Below are positions 34,599-43,180 of a stretch of DNA of 43,180 bases, one piece after another. This DNA comes from Polyangiaceae bacterium. Lineage in GTDB: Bacteria > Myxococcota_A > Polyangia > Polyangiales > Polyangiaceae. Numbering within the stretch: the first letter of the stretch is position 1; each line of letters begins with the position of its first letter. Below the pieces are notes generated by a model. That model was not told the origin of the DNA. It saw only the letters and a program-made list of their open reading frames with translations, and searched no databases. Location of the stretch: positions 1 through 43,180 of the forward strand of contig JBGANF010000060.1 in assembly GCA_044222475.1 (NCBI GenBank), written 5' to 3'. Both the position numbers and the translations under genes were made by a program.

Positions 34599-34839
34599 CA
34601 TGGCGCCCCGGACTGAAGTCCGGGGCAGCAACGGGCTCGGTGCCCTTCCCATCCAAAGCCCGCCCAGGAGGGCGGGCTCATGGTGTTGTGTCCATCAGGA
34701 ACGATTGGCCTCCGCAAGGGGTCGGCCATGTACCAACTTGGGACATTCTGTCCCCACGAGAGTCCGCCCTCCTGGGCGGACTTTGGGCGAGTCCGCATCG
34801 GGCCCGTTGCTGCCCCGGACTTCAGTCCGGGGCGCCATG
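34599..34839. repeat. 241-bp composite palindromic REP/REPIN- or MITE-like element
   Basis: Perfect 38-bp terminal inverted repeat (34599-34636 / 34802-34839), extending imperfectly to about 80 bp. Each arm contains two internal hairpins. Confidence 0.9.
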
Positions 34840-34896
34840 CCGCGAAAACGGAAGCTACCTCCCGTAGTGCCGCCCGTTGCTCATGCCCAGTGCGGA

Positions 34897-35847
34897 TCAG
34901 TCGAAGCGGTAGACTTCGCCCGTCCTCTGCTGCGAGATGTCCCACAGCTTCCGCGACGTCTTCGCGTCGTACGCGAACTTCTCCGCGTCCACGACCGTCG
35001 CCGGGCCGCGCAGCCCGAACATGCCGTCCGGTCCGAAGAAGTCCCCGCTCTTCGCGTGGTCGTCGGCGATGGCGCGGAGGATCGGCCAGGCGCCCGCCCG
35101 CGCCGACTGGGCGATGAGCACGTTGCCGAGCGTCATCATCATGCTCATGAACTTCGAGCCGCTCGCATCGGCGCTCTTCGGCTGGAGCTCGGTCGCCGCG
35201 TAGCCCGGGTGGGCCGCGACGCTGATCACGTCCTTGCCGTGGACCGAGAGGCGACGCGCGAGCTCGAACGCGAAGTGCAGGTTCGCGAGCTTGCTCTGCG
35301 CATAGGCGCGCCACGGATCGTACGGCACCGTCTTGAAGTCGATGTCGTCGAAGAAGTCGTTCTTGCCCATCGCGTGGACGCCGCTCGACACGCTGACGAC
35401 GCGCGAGCCCGGCGTCGCGAGGAGCACCGGAAGCAACCGCGCGGTGAGCACGAAGTGCCCCATGTGGTTGACGCCGATCTGCGTCTCGAACCCGTCGGCC
35501 GTCTTGCCGCGGGGAACCGCCATCAAGCCGGCGTTGTTCACGAGGACGTCGAGCTTGTCGTACTTCTTCATGTACGCGTCGGCGAAGTCGCGCACGCTCT
35601 TGAGCTTCGAGAGGTCGAGGTCCATCGCGACGACGTCCCCGCCGTCCTGCGCTTCCTTCCGGATCTCTTCGAGGGCGCTCTCGGCCTTCTTCTTGTTCCG
35701 ACACGCGATGACGACGTTGGCGCCGCGCGCCACGAGCACCTTCGCCGTCTCGAGGCCGAGGCCGCTGTTGCCGCCGGTGATGACGATGCGCTTCCCTTGT
35801 TGCGAAGGGACGTGCTCGTCGGTGTGGATCTCTTGCGGGGCTTCCAT
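34897..35847 (-). CDS. SDR oxidoreductase (retinol dehydrogenase/WWOX-like)
   Basis: TGGNSGLG, NNAG, YAQSK and AHPG. ATG at 35847. Confidence 0.93.
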   Translation of the reverse strand: MEAPQEIHTDEHVPSQQGKRIVITGGNSGLGLETAKVLVARGANVVIACRNKKKAESALEEIRKEAQDGGDVVAMDLDLSKLKSVRDFADAYMKKYDKLDVLVNNAGLMAVPRGKTADGFETQIGVNHMGHFVLTARLLPVLLATPGSRVVSVSSGVHAMGKNDFFDDIDFKTVPYDPWRAYAQSKLANLHFAFELARRLSVHGKDVISVAAHPGYAATELQPKSADASGSKFMSMMMTLGNVLIAQSARAGAWPILRAIADDHAKSGDFFGPDGMFGLRGPATVVDAEKFAYDAKTSRKLWDISQQRTGEVYRFD

Positions 35848-35867
35848 GATTACTCGGGTGGGGCGTC

Positions 35868-36308
35868 TCAGCCCGTGTACTTGTCGACCATCTTGCCGAG
35901 CCGCGGGAGCGCGGCCTCGACGTTCTTCTTCGCGGTGCCGCGCAGCTTGTCGTACGTGCCCTTCACGACGCTGCTCTTCGAGCGCTGCGCCTTCCCATCG
36001 GTGATGGCGAGGAGCGCATCGGCGACGCGGCCGGAGTTGGCGACGAAGTGGTCGGCCGCCTTCTTGTTCTGCTCTTTGCCCTCTTGGTAGATGGGATCGA
36101 GCGCCTTCGCGAACTCGGGCAAGAGGTCCACCACGGCGTGGCGGATGAACCCCGGCTTCACGCCTTTGACGGCGCTGTAGCCGGCCTTGATCGCCAGGCC
36201 CGACAATCCCCCTTTGTCGGCGACTTCGGCGTCGATCAGCGCGAGGCAATCGTCGACGACCGTGTCTTTCTTTTCGGGATTCGTGAGTACGTCGGGGAGC
36301 GAGGGCAT
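35868..36308 (-). CDS. Small helical conserved hypothetical protein (resembles DUF6918, from memory)
   Basis: VVDDCLALIDAEV.DKGGLSG.AIK.GY..VK..KPGF pattern, with strong coding bias. Confidence 0.75.
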   Translation of the reverse strand: MPSLPDVLTNPEKKDTVVDDCLALIDAEVADKGGLSGLAIKAGYSAVKGVKPGFIRHAVVDLLPEFAKALDPIYQEGKEQNKKAADHFVANSGRVADALLAITDGKAQRSKSSVVKGTYDKLRGTAKKNVEAALPRLGKMVDKYTG

Positions 36309-36440
36309 GTCAGCCCCTGGCATTAGCACACCTTGGTCAGCCTCCGCATGACCGATTTTCCGCCGTCATTTCGACATTTTGGGCGGGGTTGCATGGCTCC
36401 GGCCGGGCCACCGTCCATCCCCGTGAGGTATAAGCGACCC

Positions 36441-37436
36441 ATGCGTTTGCGTTCCCGCCTTTTTGTCACCGCCGCCTTCACGTCCACCGCTCTCCTGCTC
36501 GCCGCGTGCGAGGTCAACGTGGAGAGCTCGCGCGGAGCGAATTCGCCTCCTCCGGCGTACCGAAACGGCGGCGGCGGAACGGTCGTGCAGAACGGAACGT
36601 CCGCGCCGCCCGCGTATGGCAACGGCGGTGGTGGTGGTGCGACGACCGCTCCCCCCGCGACGCCGGTGACGCCCGCGACGCCGGTGACGGCCACACCCGC
36701 GAATCCGCCGCCCACTGCGACGACCGGTCCGACCGTCGCGCCTCCTCCGACGACGACGGGCGTCGGCGGCGGTGTCGTGATGCCGGCGTCGTCCGGCGTG
36801 GGCCTACCGTTTCAGCGCGCGAGCGTCGGCGCCGGCGGCCGTTTGGCTCCGTTCGTCATCCTCCCGGCGCCCGCGCCGACCGGACCGGGCACCCGCGGCG
36901 GCGACATGGCGACGCCGATCGGTCGTCTGCCCCTCGTGTCGGGTGACGTCGACTTCGGCACGAACGTCCAATACCCCGACTCGTTCAAGGGGATGGTCTA
37001 CCTGCTGCCGCCGGGTACCACGAGCATGCCTGCGTACGACTCGATGAAGGCGCAGCTCGCGCTCTACACGCGCACGTTCGAGGTCGAGCCGCAGAACTTC
37101 AAGGGCCTCGGCGCACCGGGCGCGTCGCCGCGCGCTCAAGACTTCGGCATCCGGTACGAGGGGTTCTTCACCACGCGCACGGCGGGGACCTACCAGATCA
37201 CGGTCGCCAACGAAGACGGCGCGAAGCTCTACGTGGACAACAAGCTCGTCGTCGACAACGACGGCGTGCACCCCGTCACGTACAAGGCCGGCAACGTCGA
37301 CCTCGCGGTGGGAAACCACTCGCTCCGCATCGACTACTTCAAGGCGGCGGCGAACCCCGAGGTCTGCCTCGAGGTCTGGGTGCACACGCCCAGCATGAAC
37401 GCGAACACCGTGATGATGTTCGCCCCCGCGCTCTGA
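36441..37436 (+). CDS. PA14 domain lipoprotein with Pro/Thr/Gly-rich linker
   Basis: Lipobox LAAC. C-terminal FGIRYEGF....GTY.....EDGAKLYVD..LVVDNDG.H...G.H.LRIDYF. Confidence 0.88.
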   Translation: MRLRSRLFVTAAFTSTALLLAACEVNVESSRGANSPPPAYRNGGGGTVVQNGTSAPPAYGNGGGGGATTAPPATPVTPATPVTATPANPPPTATTGPTVAPPPTTTGVGGGVVMPASSGVGLPFQRASVGAGGRLAPFVILPAPAPTGPGTRGGDMATPIGRLPLVSGDVDFGTNVQYPDSFKGMVYLLPPGTTSMPAYDSMKAQLALYTRTFEVEPQNFKGLGAPGASPRAQDFGIRYEGFFTTRTAGTYQITVANEDGAKLYVDNKLVVDNDGVHPVTYKAGNVDLAVGNHSLRIDYFKAAANPEVCLEVWVHTPSMNANTVMMFAPAL

Positions 37437-37439
37437 GCC

Positions 37440-38486
37440 TCAACGATACGGGCCAGCGTGCGCGTGGAGCTTCGCGGTGACGATCGCCACGCGGTCGACG
37501 ATCCGTCCGAAGAGCGCCGGATCGGTCATCGACTTCGTGCGCACCGCCAGGCCTTCGGAGTCCAGGCTCACGTCTCCCTCTTCGAGGTGGAGCGCGAGGA
37601 GCGCGGCGACGACCTCGCCGGACAAGAATGCGCGTGCGGCGTTCGGTTCGGCGGTGGTCACGCGCAGCTCGCGATCGAAGGCTTCGTCGTTCATCTCGAC
37701 GTGAACCGCCATCGACAGCTCGAGGAAGTCGAAGATGCGTTTGGGTCGGACCCGGAGAAGGAACGGAAGCGGCTCGGCGAAGCGTAGGCGGAGATCGACG
37801 CCCCACGCGGCGTCGTCCACCGCGGTCGCGCGCGCGACGATCGACGCACCGTCGAGCGTGCCCGAGACCCGGAGCGGCGACGCCGAGAACGCGAGGCCGC
37901 GCGCGCCCGCGTACGCGCGCCACGCCTCGACGTGAGGCGCGAGGATCGACGAGCTCGGCACGCTGCGCAGCGCGTCGCTCAGGACGCGGGCGAGCCCGGC
38001 GGTCGCACGCAGCTCGTTTTCGAGCTCGGCCTGGTTGAACGACGAGTACGTGCCCGGCGTCGTCCAGTACGAGATCTGCTCGTCGGTGACGCGGAACGGA
38101 ACGCCCGCTTTCTTCCAAGCGATCAGCGCGCGCTGCACGGTCGGGGTGAGGAGCGCCTTCACGCGCTCGGGCTCGTCGCCCTTCACGTCGAACGCCGAGT
38201 CGAACGCCGGATCGCCGACCTCGATGTCGTGCGCGCCGAGGAAGTGCCCGAGCTTCGAGACGACGCCGGCCGGTTGAATCGTGAGCCTCAGGTCGGCGGG
38301 CGGATCGAAGTAGGCCGACAGCTCGACGTGGACGTATTGGCCTTGCCACTGGTGCGCGCGGACCCAGATGCCGTCGAGCACGCCTTCGATGGTGTGCGTC
38401 CCGGACCAGCGGTTCGCCTGCGGCGGGTCGATGCGAAACCCGAGCTTGCGCGCGATCTCGGCGAAGTCTTCGTAGCCGTAGGACAT
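37440..38486 (-). CDS. Hypothetical protein with a tandem duplicated domain
   Basis: Two similar halves: IEVGDPAFDSAFDVKGDEP and VEMNDEAFDRELRVTTAEP. Confidence 0.8.
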   Translation of the reverse strand: MSYGYEDFAEIARKLGFRIDPPQANRWSGTHTIEGVLDGIWVRAHQWQGQYVHVELSAYFDPPADLRLTIQPAGVVSKLGHFLGAHDIEVGDPAFDSAFDVKGDEPERVKALLTPTVQRALIAWKKAGVPFRVTDEQISYWTTPGTYSSFNQAELENELRATAGLARVLSDALRSVPSSSILAPHVEAWRAYAGARGLAFSASPLRVSGTLDGASIVARATAVDDAAWGVDLRLRFAEPLPFLLRVRPKRIFDFLELSMAVHVEMNDEAFDRELRVTTAEPNAARAFLSGEVVAALLALHLEEGDVSLDSEGLAVRTKSMTDPALFGRIVDRVAIVTAKLHAHAGPYR

Positions 38487-38551
38487 CCCGCGACGGTACC
38501 AAGCAGCGTCGACCTCGACAATTCGCGCCCCGTCCTTTACGGAGAGGCGGG

Positions 38552-41500
38552 ATGACGAGCGCTGGCGAGGACACCGATCCGCTTCCGCACGTGCTCGCGC
38601 CCGAAGGCGTGACGGCGGTGCGCCTCGCCGATCTCGCCGCGAAGGCGATCGCGCTCCCGAAGGGCCGCGTCGACGTGAGCGGCGTCCGCGGATCCGCCGA
38701 CGCGCTCGTGTTGGCCGCCGTGGCTCGCCGGAGCGCGCGACCGCTCTGCATCGTCAGCGCCGACGTCGACGGCGCGCGCCGCCTCGCCGAGGACCTCGGC
38801 TTCCTCCTGCGCAGCGCGACCGAGGCCGGAAGCGCCGAAGACACCGGCGAAGGTGACGTCCTCGTGCTGACCCCGAGCGAGACCTCGCCCTGGGCCGACG
38901 TGAACCCCGATCGGCGCGCGGCGATGGCGCGCATGGCGACGCTCGCGCACCTGGCCGACAAGCGACCGTTCCGCGCGCTCTCGGTGTCGGCGACGGCGCT
39001 CGTTCGGAAGCTCGTCCCTCCGGCTGCAGTGAAGTCCCACATTGGGACGATCACGGCCGAGGACGAATTCGATCGCGACAAGATGATCGTTCGCTTGAGC
39101 GAGGCCGGATACCTGCGGGTGCCGCTGGTCGAGGACCCGGGCACGTTCGCGGTGCGCGGCGCGCTGTTCGACGTGTGGCCGCCCAACCTGCCGGAGCCGG
39201 TCCGGGTCGAGCTCTACGGCGAGCTCGTCCTCAGCATCAAGCCGTTCGACCCGTTCGAGCAGAAGACCAAGCGCGAGCGCCTCGAGTCGGGCGAGACGCG
39301 CGAGGTGACGCTGACGCAGGTGAAGCTCGCCCCCGCGCGCGAGGCGATCCTCACCCGCGAGAACGTCGCGCGCGCGCGCGACCGGGTGAGCCAGCTCGCC
39401 GACTCGATCGACATGCCGACGCTGAAGGCGCGCGCTCTCGCCGAGGACGTCACGACCGGGCGCGCGTTCTTCGGCGCCGACGGGTTCCTCCCCGCGTACT
39501 ACGACGCGCTCGCGCCGCTGTCGGCGTATCTGCCGAAGGACGTCATCTTCGCGATCTGCGACCCGCCCGCCGTGACGCGCGCCGTGCGCGAGGCGCTGGA
39601 GAGCGCCGCGAACGACGCGGCAGCCAAAGCGAGCACGGTGCACTTCCTCCCGGCGGCGTTCTTCGTCGAGGAAGATGCGGCGACTCGCGAGCTCGACGAT
39701 CGTACCATTTTGGTACTCCATCGCACCGCAACCGTCGGCGGCGAGGCCGAAGGGCTGGCCCGCTTCGAGACGGCGACCTCGGAGACGCTCGACGTCGCCG
39801 CCCGTGACCACGAGGACCTGACGCGCGCGGTGAAGACCGCGCGGCAGTCGAAGGGCAAGGGCGCGACGCTGGGGCCCCTGCTGCGACGGATCCGCCACTG
39901 GCGCGATCACGGGCTCGCCGTCGTCATCAGCGCGCGGGCCGAGACCCAGGGCGAGCGGCTCCACGGGCTCCTCGTGCACCAAGGGGTCGAGTGTCGCGTG
40001 CGCCACGGCGCCTTCGATCCCGCGTGGCTGGAGGATCCCGAGGCCCGCAAGACGACCCAGATCGTGAGCGGCCCCCTGTCGCGCGGCTGCGTGCTCCCGG
40101 CCGAGGGTCTGGTGCTGCTGACCGAGGAGGAGATCTTCGGCGCGCGCGCGCGACGCCGCGAGCGCAAAGGCGAGTCGAAGACGCGGCCGTTCGTCGAGGA
40201 TCTTCGCTCGCTCGCGGTCGGCGACTTCGTGGTCCACGTCGAGCACGGCATCGGTCGCTACCAGGGCCTGATGCACAAGGAGGTCGCCGGGATGACGGTC
40301 GATCTCCTGGTCGTCGACTACGACGGCGGCAAGCTCTACCTCCCGGTCTACCGCCTCAACCAGATCCAGAAGTACGCCGCCGGCGAGAGCTCGGCGCCGA
40401 AGATCGATCGGCTGGGCGGCAGCACGTTCGCGAAGACCAAGTCGCGCGCGAAGAAGGCCGTGCGTCAGATGGCCGACGAGCTCCTTCGGCTCTACGCCGA
40501 GCGCAAAGCCCAGAAGCGCCCGCATTTCCCGCCGATCGACGACGAGTACCGCGCGTTCGAGGCCACGTTCCCGTTCGACGAGACGCCCGATCAGGGAAAG
40601 GCGATCGACGCCGTCAACGACGACCTCGACGGCGAGCAGCCGATGGATCGGCTGGTGTGCGGCGACGTCGGCTTCGGCAAGACCGAGGTCGCGGTGCGCG
40701 CCGCGTTCCGCGCGGCGATGGCCGGAAAGCAGGTCGCGCTGCTGTGCCCGACGACGGTGCTCGCGCAGCAGCACCTGCGGACGTTCGAGGCGCGGCTCGG
40801 CAATTATCCCATTTCGGTACGAGGGCTCTCGCGGTTCCAGACCGAGAAGGACTCGAAGGAGACCCTGCTCGGCCTGAAGGACGGCAAGGTCGACGTCGTC
40901 ATCGGCACGCATCGTTTGTTGTCGAAGGACGTCCACTTCCACGATCTCGGGGTGCTGATCGTCGACGAGGAGCAGCGCTTCGGCGTCGCCCACAAGGAGC
41001 GCATCAAGCAGCTGAAGACCCACGTCGACGTGCTCACGCTCACCGCGACGCCGATCCCGCGCACGCTGCAGATGGCGGTCGGCGGGCTGCGTGATCTGTC
41101 GCTGATCACGACGCCGCCGGCCGACCGGCGCGCGGTCCGCACGATCGTCTCGCGCTGGGACGAGCAGGTGGTGCGCGAGGCGATCACCCGCGAGCTCTCG
41201 CGCGGAGGCCAGGTGTTCTACGTCTACAACCGGGTCGAGGGGATCTACGAGCGCGCGCAGCGGGTGCAGGAGCTCGTGCCGCAGGCGCGCATCGCGGTGG
41301 CGCACGGGCAGATGACGCGCGGGAGCGGCAAAGATGGCGACGGCGGCGGCGCGCTCGAGCAGACGATGGTCGACTTCGTGGAGGGCAAGTACGACGTCCT
41401 CGTGGCGACCGCGATCGTCGAGAGCGGGCTCGACATCCCGCGCGCGAACACGATCCTGATCGATCGCGCGGATCTCTTCGGGTTGTCGCAGCTGTACCAG

Positions 41501-42235
41501 CTGCGCGGTCGCGTCGGCCGAGCGAAGGAGCGCGCGTATTGCTATTTGATCGTGCCGCCGCAGAACTCGCTGACCGACGAAGCGCGCGCCCGCATCGAAG
41601 CGCTCGAGCGCCACACCGAGCTCGGCAGCGGCTTCCAGGTCGCGTCGCTCGACATGGAGCTGCGCGGCGCGGGTGACATTCTCGGGGGCGAGCAGTCGGG
41701 CACGGTCGCGAGCGTCGGGTTCGATCTGTTCTGCCGCATGCTCGAAGACGCGGTCCACGAGCTACGCGGCGAAGAGGTGGCGCACGACGTCGATCCCGAG
41801 CTGTCGTTCGACGTGCCGGCGCTCTTGCCGGAGGACTACGTCGGCGACGTCGGCGTGAGGCTCTCGCTCTACAAGCGGCTCGCGAGCGCGATCGACGAAG
41901 ACCACGTGCGCGAGCTAGGCGAAGAGATGGAGAACCGCTTCGGTCCGCCGCCGGAGGACGCGCGGCGTTTGCTCCACCTGATGTCGATCAAGACGGAGCT
42001 TCGTCGAATGCGGGTGCTCGGCTGCGAAGCGACGTCGCGCTCGGTCACGTTGCACCTGCGCGAAGACACGCCGCTGGATCCGAAGAAGATCACCGAGCTG
42101 GTGCGCGGAGCGAAGAGCCCGTGGAGGCTGACGCCGGACATGAGGCTGACGAGGCGCTTCGATGGGACGCTGGCGGGGATCGCCAACTGCGAGACGATGC
42201 TGAACGATCTGGCGAAGTGCCTGAAGGACGGCTGA
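38552..42235 (+). CDS. mfd: Transcription-repair coupling factor
   Basis: UvrB-like N-terminus, RID domain (VVHVEHGIGRY), GDVGFGKT, DEEQRFG, TATPIPRT, QLRGRVGR and a TRCF C-terminal domain. Confidence 0.98.
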   Translation: MTSAGEDTDPLPHVLAPEGVTAVRLADLAAKAIALPKGRVDVSGVRGSADALVLAAVARRSARPLCIVSADVDGARRLAEDLGFLLRSATEAGSAEDTGEGDVLVLTPSETSPWADVNPDRRAAMARMATLAHLADKRPFRALSVSATALVRKLVPPAAVKSHIGTITAEDEFDRDKMIVRLSEAGYLRVPLVEDPGTFAVRGALFDVWPPNLPEPVRVELYGELVLSIKPFDPFEQKTKRERLESGETREVTLTQVKLAPAREAILTRENVARARDRVSQLADSIDMPTLKARALAEDVTTGRAFFGADGFLPAYYDALAPLSAYLPKDVIFAICDPPAVTRAVREALESAANDAAAKASTVHFLPAAFFVEEDAATRELDDRTILVLHRTATVGGEAEGLARFETATSETLDVAARDHEDLTRAVKTARQSKGKGATLGPLLRRIRHWRDHGLAVVISARAETQGERLHGLLVHQGVECRVRHGAFDPAWLEDPEARKTTQIVSGPLSRGCVLPAEGLVLLTEEEIFGARARRRERKGESKTRPFVEDLRSLAVGDFVVHVEHGIGRYQGLMHKEVAGMTVDLLVVDYDGGKLYLPVYRLNQIQKYAAGESSAPKIDRLGGSTFAKTKSRAKKAVRQMADELLRLYAERKAQKRPHFPPIDDEYRAFEATFPFDETPDQGKAIDAVNDDLDGEQPMDRLVCGDVGFGKTEVAVRAAFRAAMAGKQVALLCPTTVLAQQHLRTFEARLGNYPISVRGLSRFQTEKDSKETLLGLKDGKVDVVIGTHRLLSKDVHFHDLGVLIVDEEQRFGVAHKERIKQLKTHVDVLTLTATPIPRTLQMAVGGLRDLSLITTPPADRRAVRTIVSRWDEQVVREAITRELSRGGQVFYVYNRVEGIYERAQRVQELVPQARIAVAHGQMTRGSGKDGDGGGALEQTMVDFVEGKYDVLVATAIVESGLDIPRANTILIDRADLFGLSQLYQLRGRVGRAKERAYCYLIVPPQNSLTDEARARIEALERHTELGSGFQVASLDMELRGAGDILGGEQSGTVASVGFDLFCRMLEDAVHELRGEEVAHDVDPELSFDVPALLPEDYVGDVGVRLSLYKRLASAIDEDHVRELGEEMENRFGPPPEDARRLLHLMSIKTELRRMRVLGCEATSRSVTLHLREDTPLDPKKITELVRGAKSPWRLTPDMRLTRRFDGTLAGIANCETMLNDLAKCLKDG

Positions 42236-42673
42236 CGGTTGTCCTTGGGCGCCGCGCGGGTGTTGACTTTCAGGGCGTGTCAAAGGTCGCGCATCGTGCG
42301 AAAGCCGATGGTGCGGCAAACATCGCGCGTTTCGGGTGCGATGGGAGGGGTGCCGATGTTCCAGTTCCATGGACGCCAGTGACTGGTCACGTCGTCGCAC
42401 GACCGCTGACGAGGTCCACGACCTCCCGGTGGAGTTTGAGCAACACGTCGCGCCCTACGTATCCAAAGGAATCATCGAGACCGGGCGGCTCGACCTCGAT
42501 GCCCGAAGCGGAACAACACGCCCACACCGAGCACGGCATCTTACTGGGCTCGAAAAGGTATGGGGGGTTCCACCGGGGGAGCACCCCAGCTTCGACACGA
42601 TGCGCGGCCGCGTGATGATTCCTGGGCATGCTTGTGAAGGCGTCCGCGCCGAAGCCGGGCGCGAACCCAATCG

Positions 42674-42931
42674 ATGGTGGGGGCGGGCCGCCGCCGCTAC
42701 CGCCCATGGGCAGAGCTCCGGAAGCGGACGTTCGCGGTCGACGTGCTCGCGTGCCCGAAGTGCTCGGGCCGGATGACCCTGCTCGCCTTCGTGATCGAGC
42801 CGAAGAGCATCCACCGGTTGCTGACCGCGCTCGGCGAGTCGAGCGATGTCCCCGAACGCTCGCCGAGCCGGGGGCACCCGTACTGGAAGAGCATCGTGCT
42901 CCGCCGAAGGGCTCTCGGTCACGCCGCGTAG
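42674..42931 (+). pseudogene. C-terminal remnant of an IS91/ISCR-family rolling-circle transposase
   Basis: WAEL.KRTFAVDVLACPKCSGRM.LLA.......I.R.L..LG...P.RSP.RG.P matches the Zn-ribbon tail of IS91-type transposases. No catalytic N-terminal part is present upstream. Confidence 0.75.
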
Positions 42932-43065
42932 TTCAGGCCGAGGTACACCCTTCGTGCACAAAATGAGCGCGTCGGGGCTCCAAGCCGTGTCGCGTCTCCT
43001 TCGGAACGGGCGCCTGGTCACTCGCCACGGGCGGCCGGCTCCACCTCGCGCAGAGGCTTGAAACC

Positions 43066-43086
43066 GGCTTTGATTCGCCTACGCTC
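43066..43086 (+). mobile_element. Candidate oriIS end of the IS91/ISCR remnant
   Basis: GGCTTTGATTCGCCTACGCTC lies about 135 bp downstream of the transposase stop and resembles the ISCR oriIS pattern GCGTTTGAAxTTCCTATxC (recalled). Confidence 0.5.
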
Positions 43087-43180
43087 TCCCCGAGGGGTCG
43101 CCGATATGGTGAGGACGAGCGTGCTACGGTTTCGACGATGCGCGCAATTGGACTCTCGCTTTGCGCCGTGATCATTGTGG

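Noticed and set aside
38537..41758. 1073-aa ORF antisense to mfd, plus other long overlapping ORFs (e.g. 284-1810, 8370-10442, 17238-19244, 26637-28784)
   Set aside because: These are shadow frames of real genes in high-GC DNA. They are Arg/Ala/Pro-rich, lack motifs and fully overlap well-supported CDSs.
42311..42355. c-di-GMP-I riboswitch suggested by GGCAAAC
   Set aside because: The following stem lacks the GNRA tetraloop, the GACGCAAAG-like segment is absent, and there is no clear downstream gene.
42336..42776. 146-aa ORF and antisense ORFs between mfd and the IS91 remnant
   Set aside because: No recognisable motif, atypical codon pattern and overlap with the transposase remnant. It may be decayed sequence but cannot be supported as a gene.
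24353..43180. Integrated element or prophage at tRNA-Lys
   Set aside because: No integrase, phage genes or direct repeat of the tRNA 3' end was noticed.

Overview
High-GC bacterial DNA. Gene content (Cys-rich and FG-GAP lipoproteins, an exported ferritin-like protein, an IS91-type remnant) suggests a myxobacterium of the Polyangiaceae/Labilithrix type; this is inference. Bases 332-24241 are a surface-glycosylation locus. It holds a four-gene GDP-heptose-type operon (hddC-hddA-gmhA-gmhB), two paralogous NAD-dependent epimerases and three SAM methyltransferases. It also holds two DPM-synthase-like GT2 enzymes, each fused to a degenerate methyltransferase-like domain, six divergent polytopic GT-C-like membrane proteins and two paralogous membrane-anchored discoidin proteins. 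Together these look like an expanded system that transfers lipid-linked, possibly methylated heptose outside the cytoplasm, and this is the best candidate for an undescribed system. A tRNA-Lys(CTT) follows. The right half holds an OYE-TetR operon with visible operators, several lipoproteins (FG-GAP propeller, possible dead M61-like peptidase, ferritin-like, diheme cytochrome c, PA14), lipid-metabolism enzymes, mfd, and an IS91/ISCR transposase remnant with a candidate oriIS. Two REP-like palindromes lie between convergent genes, and several genes show a leaderless-promoter signature. All calls come from reading motifs by eye; no database searches were run.
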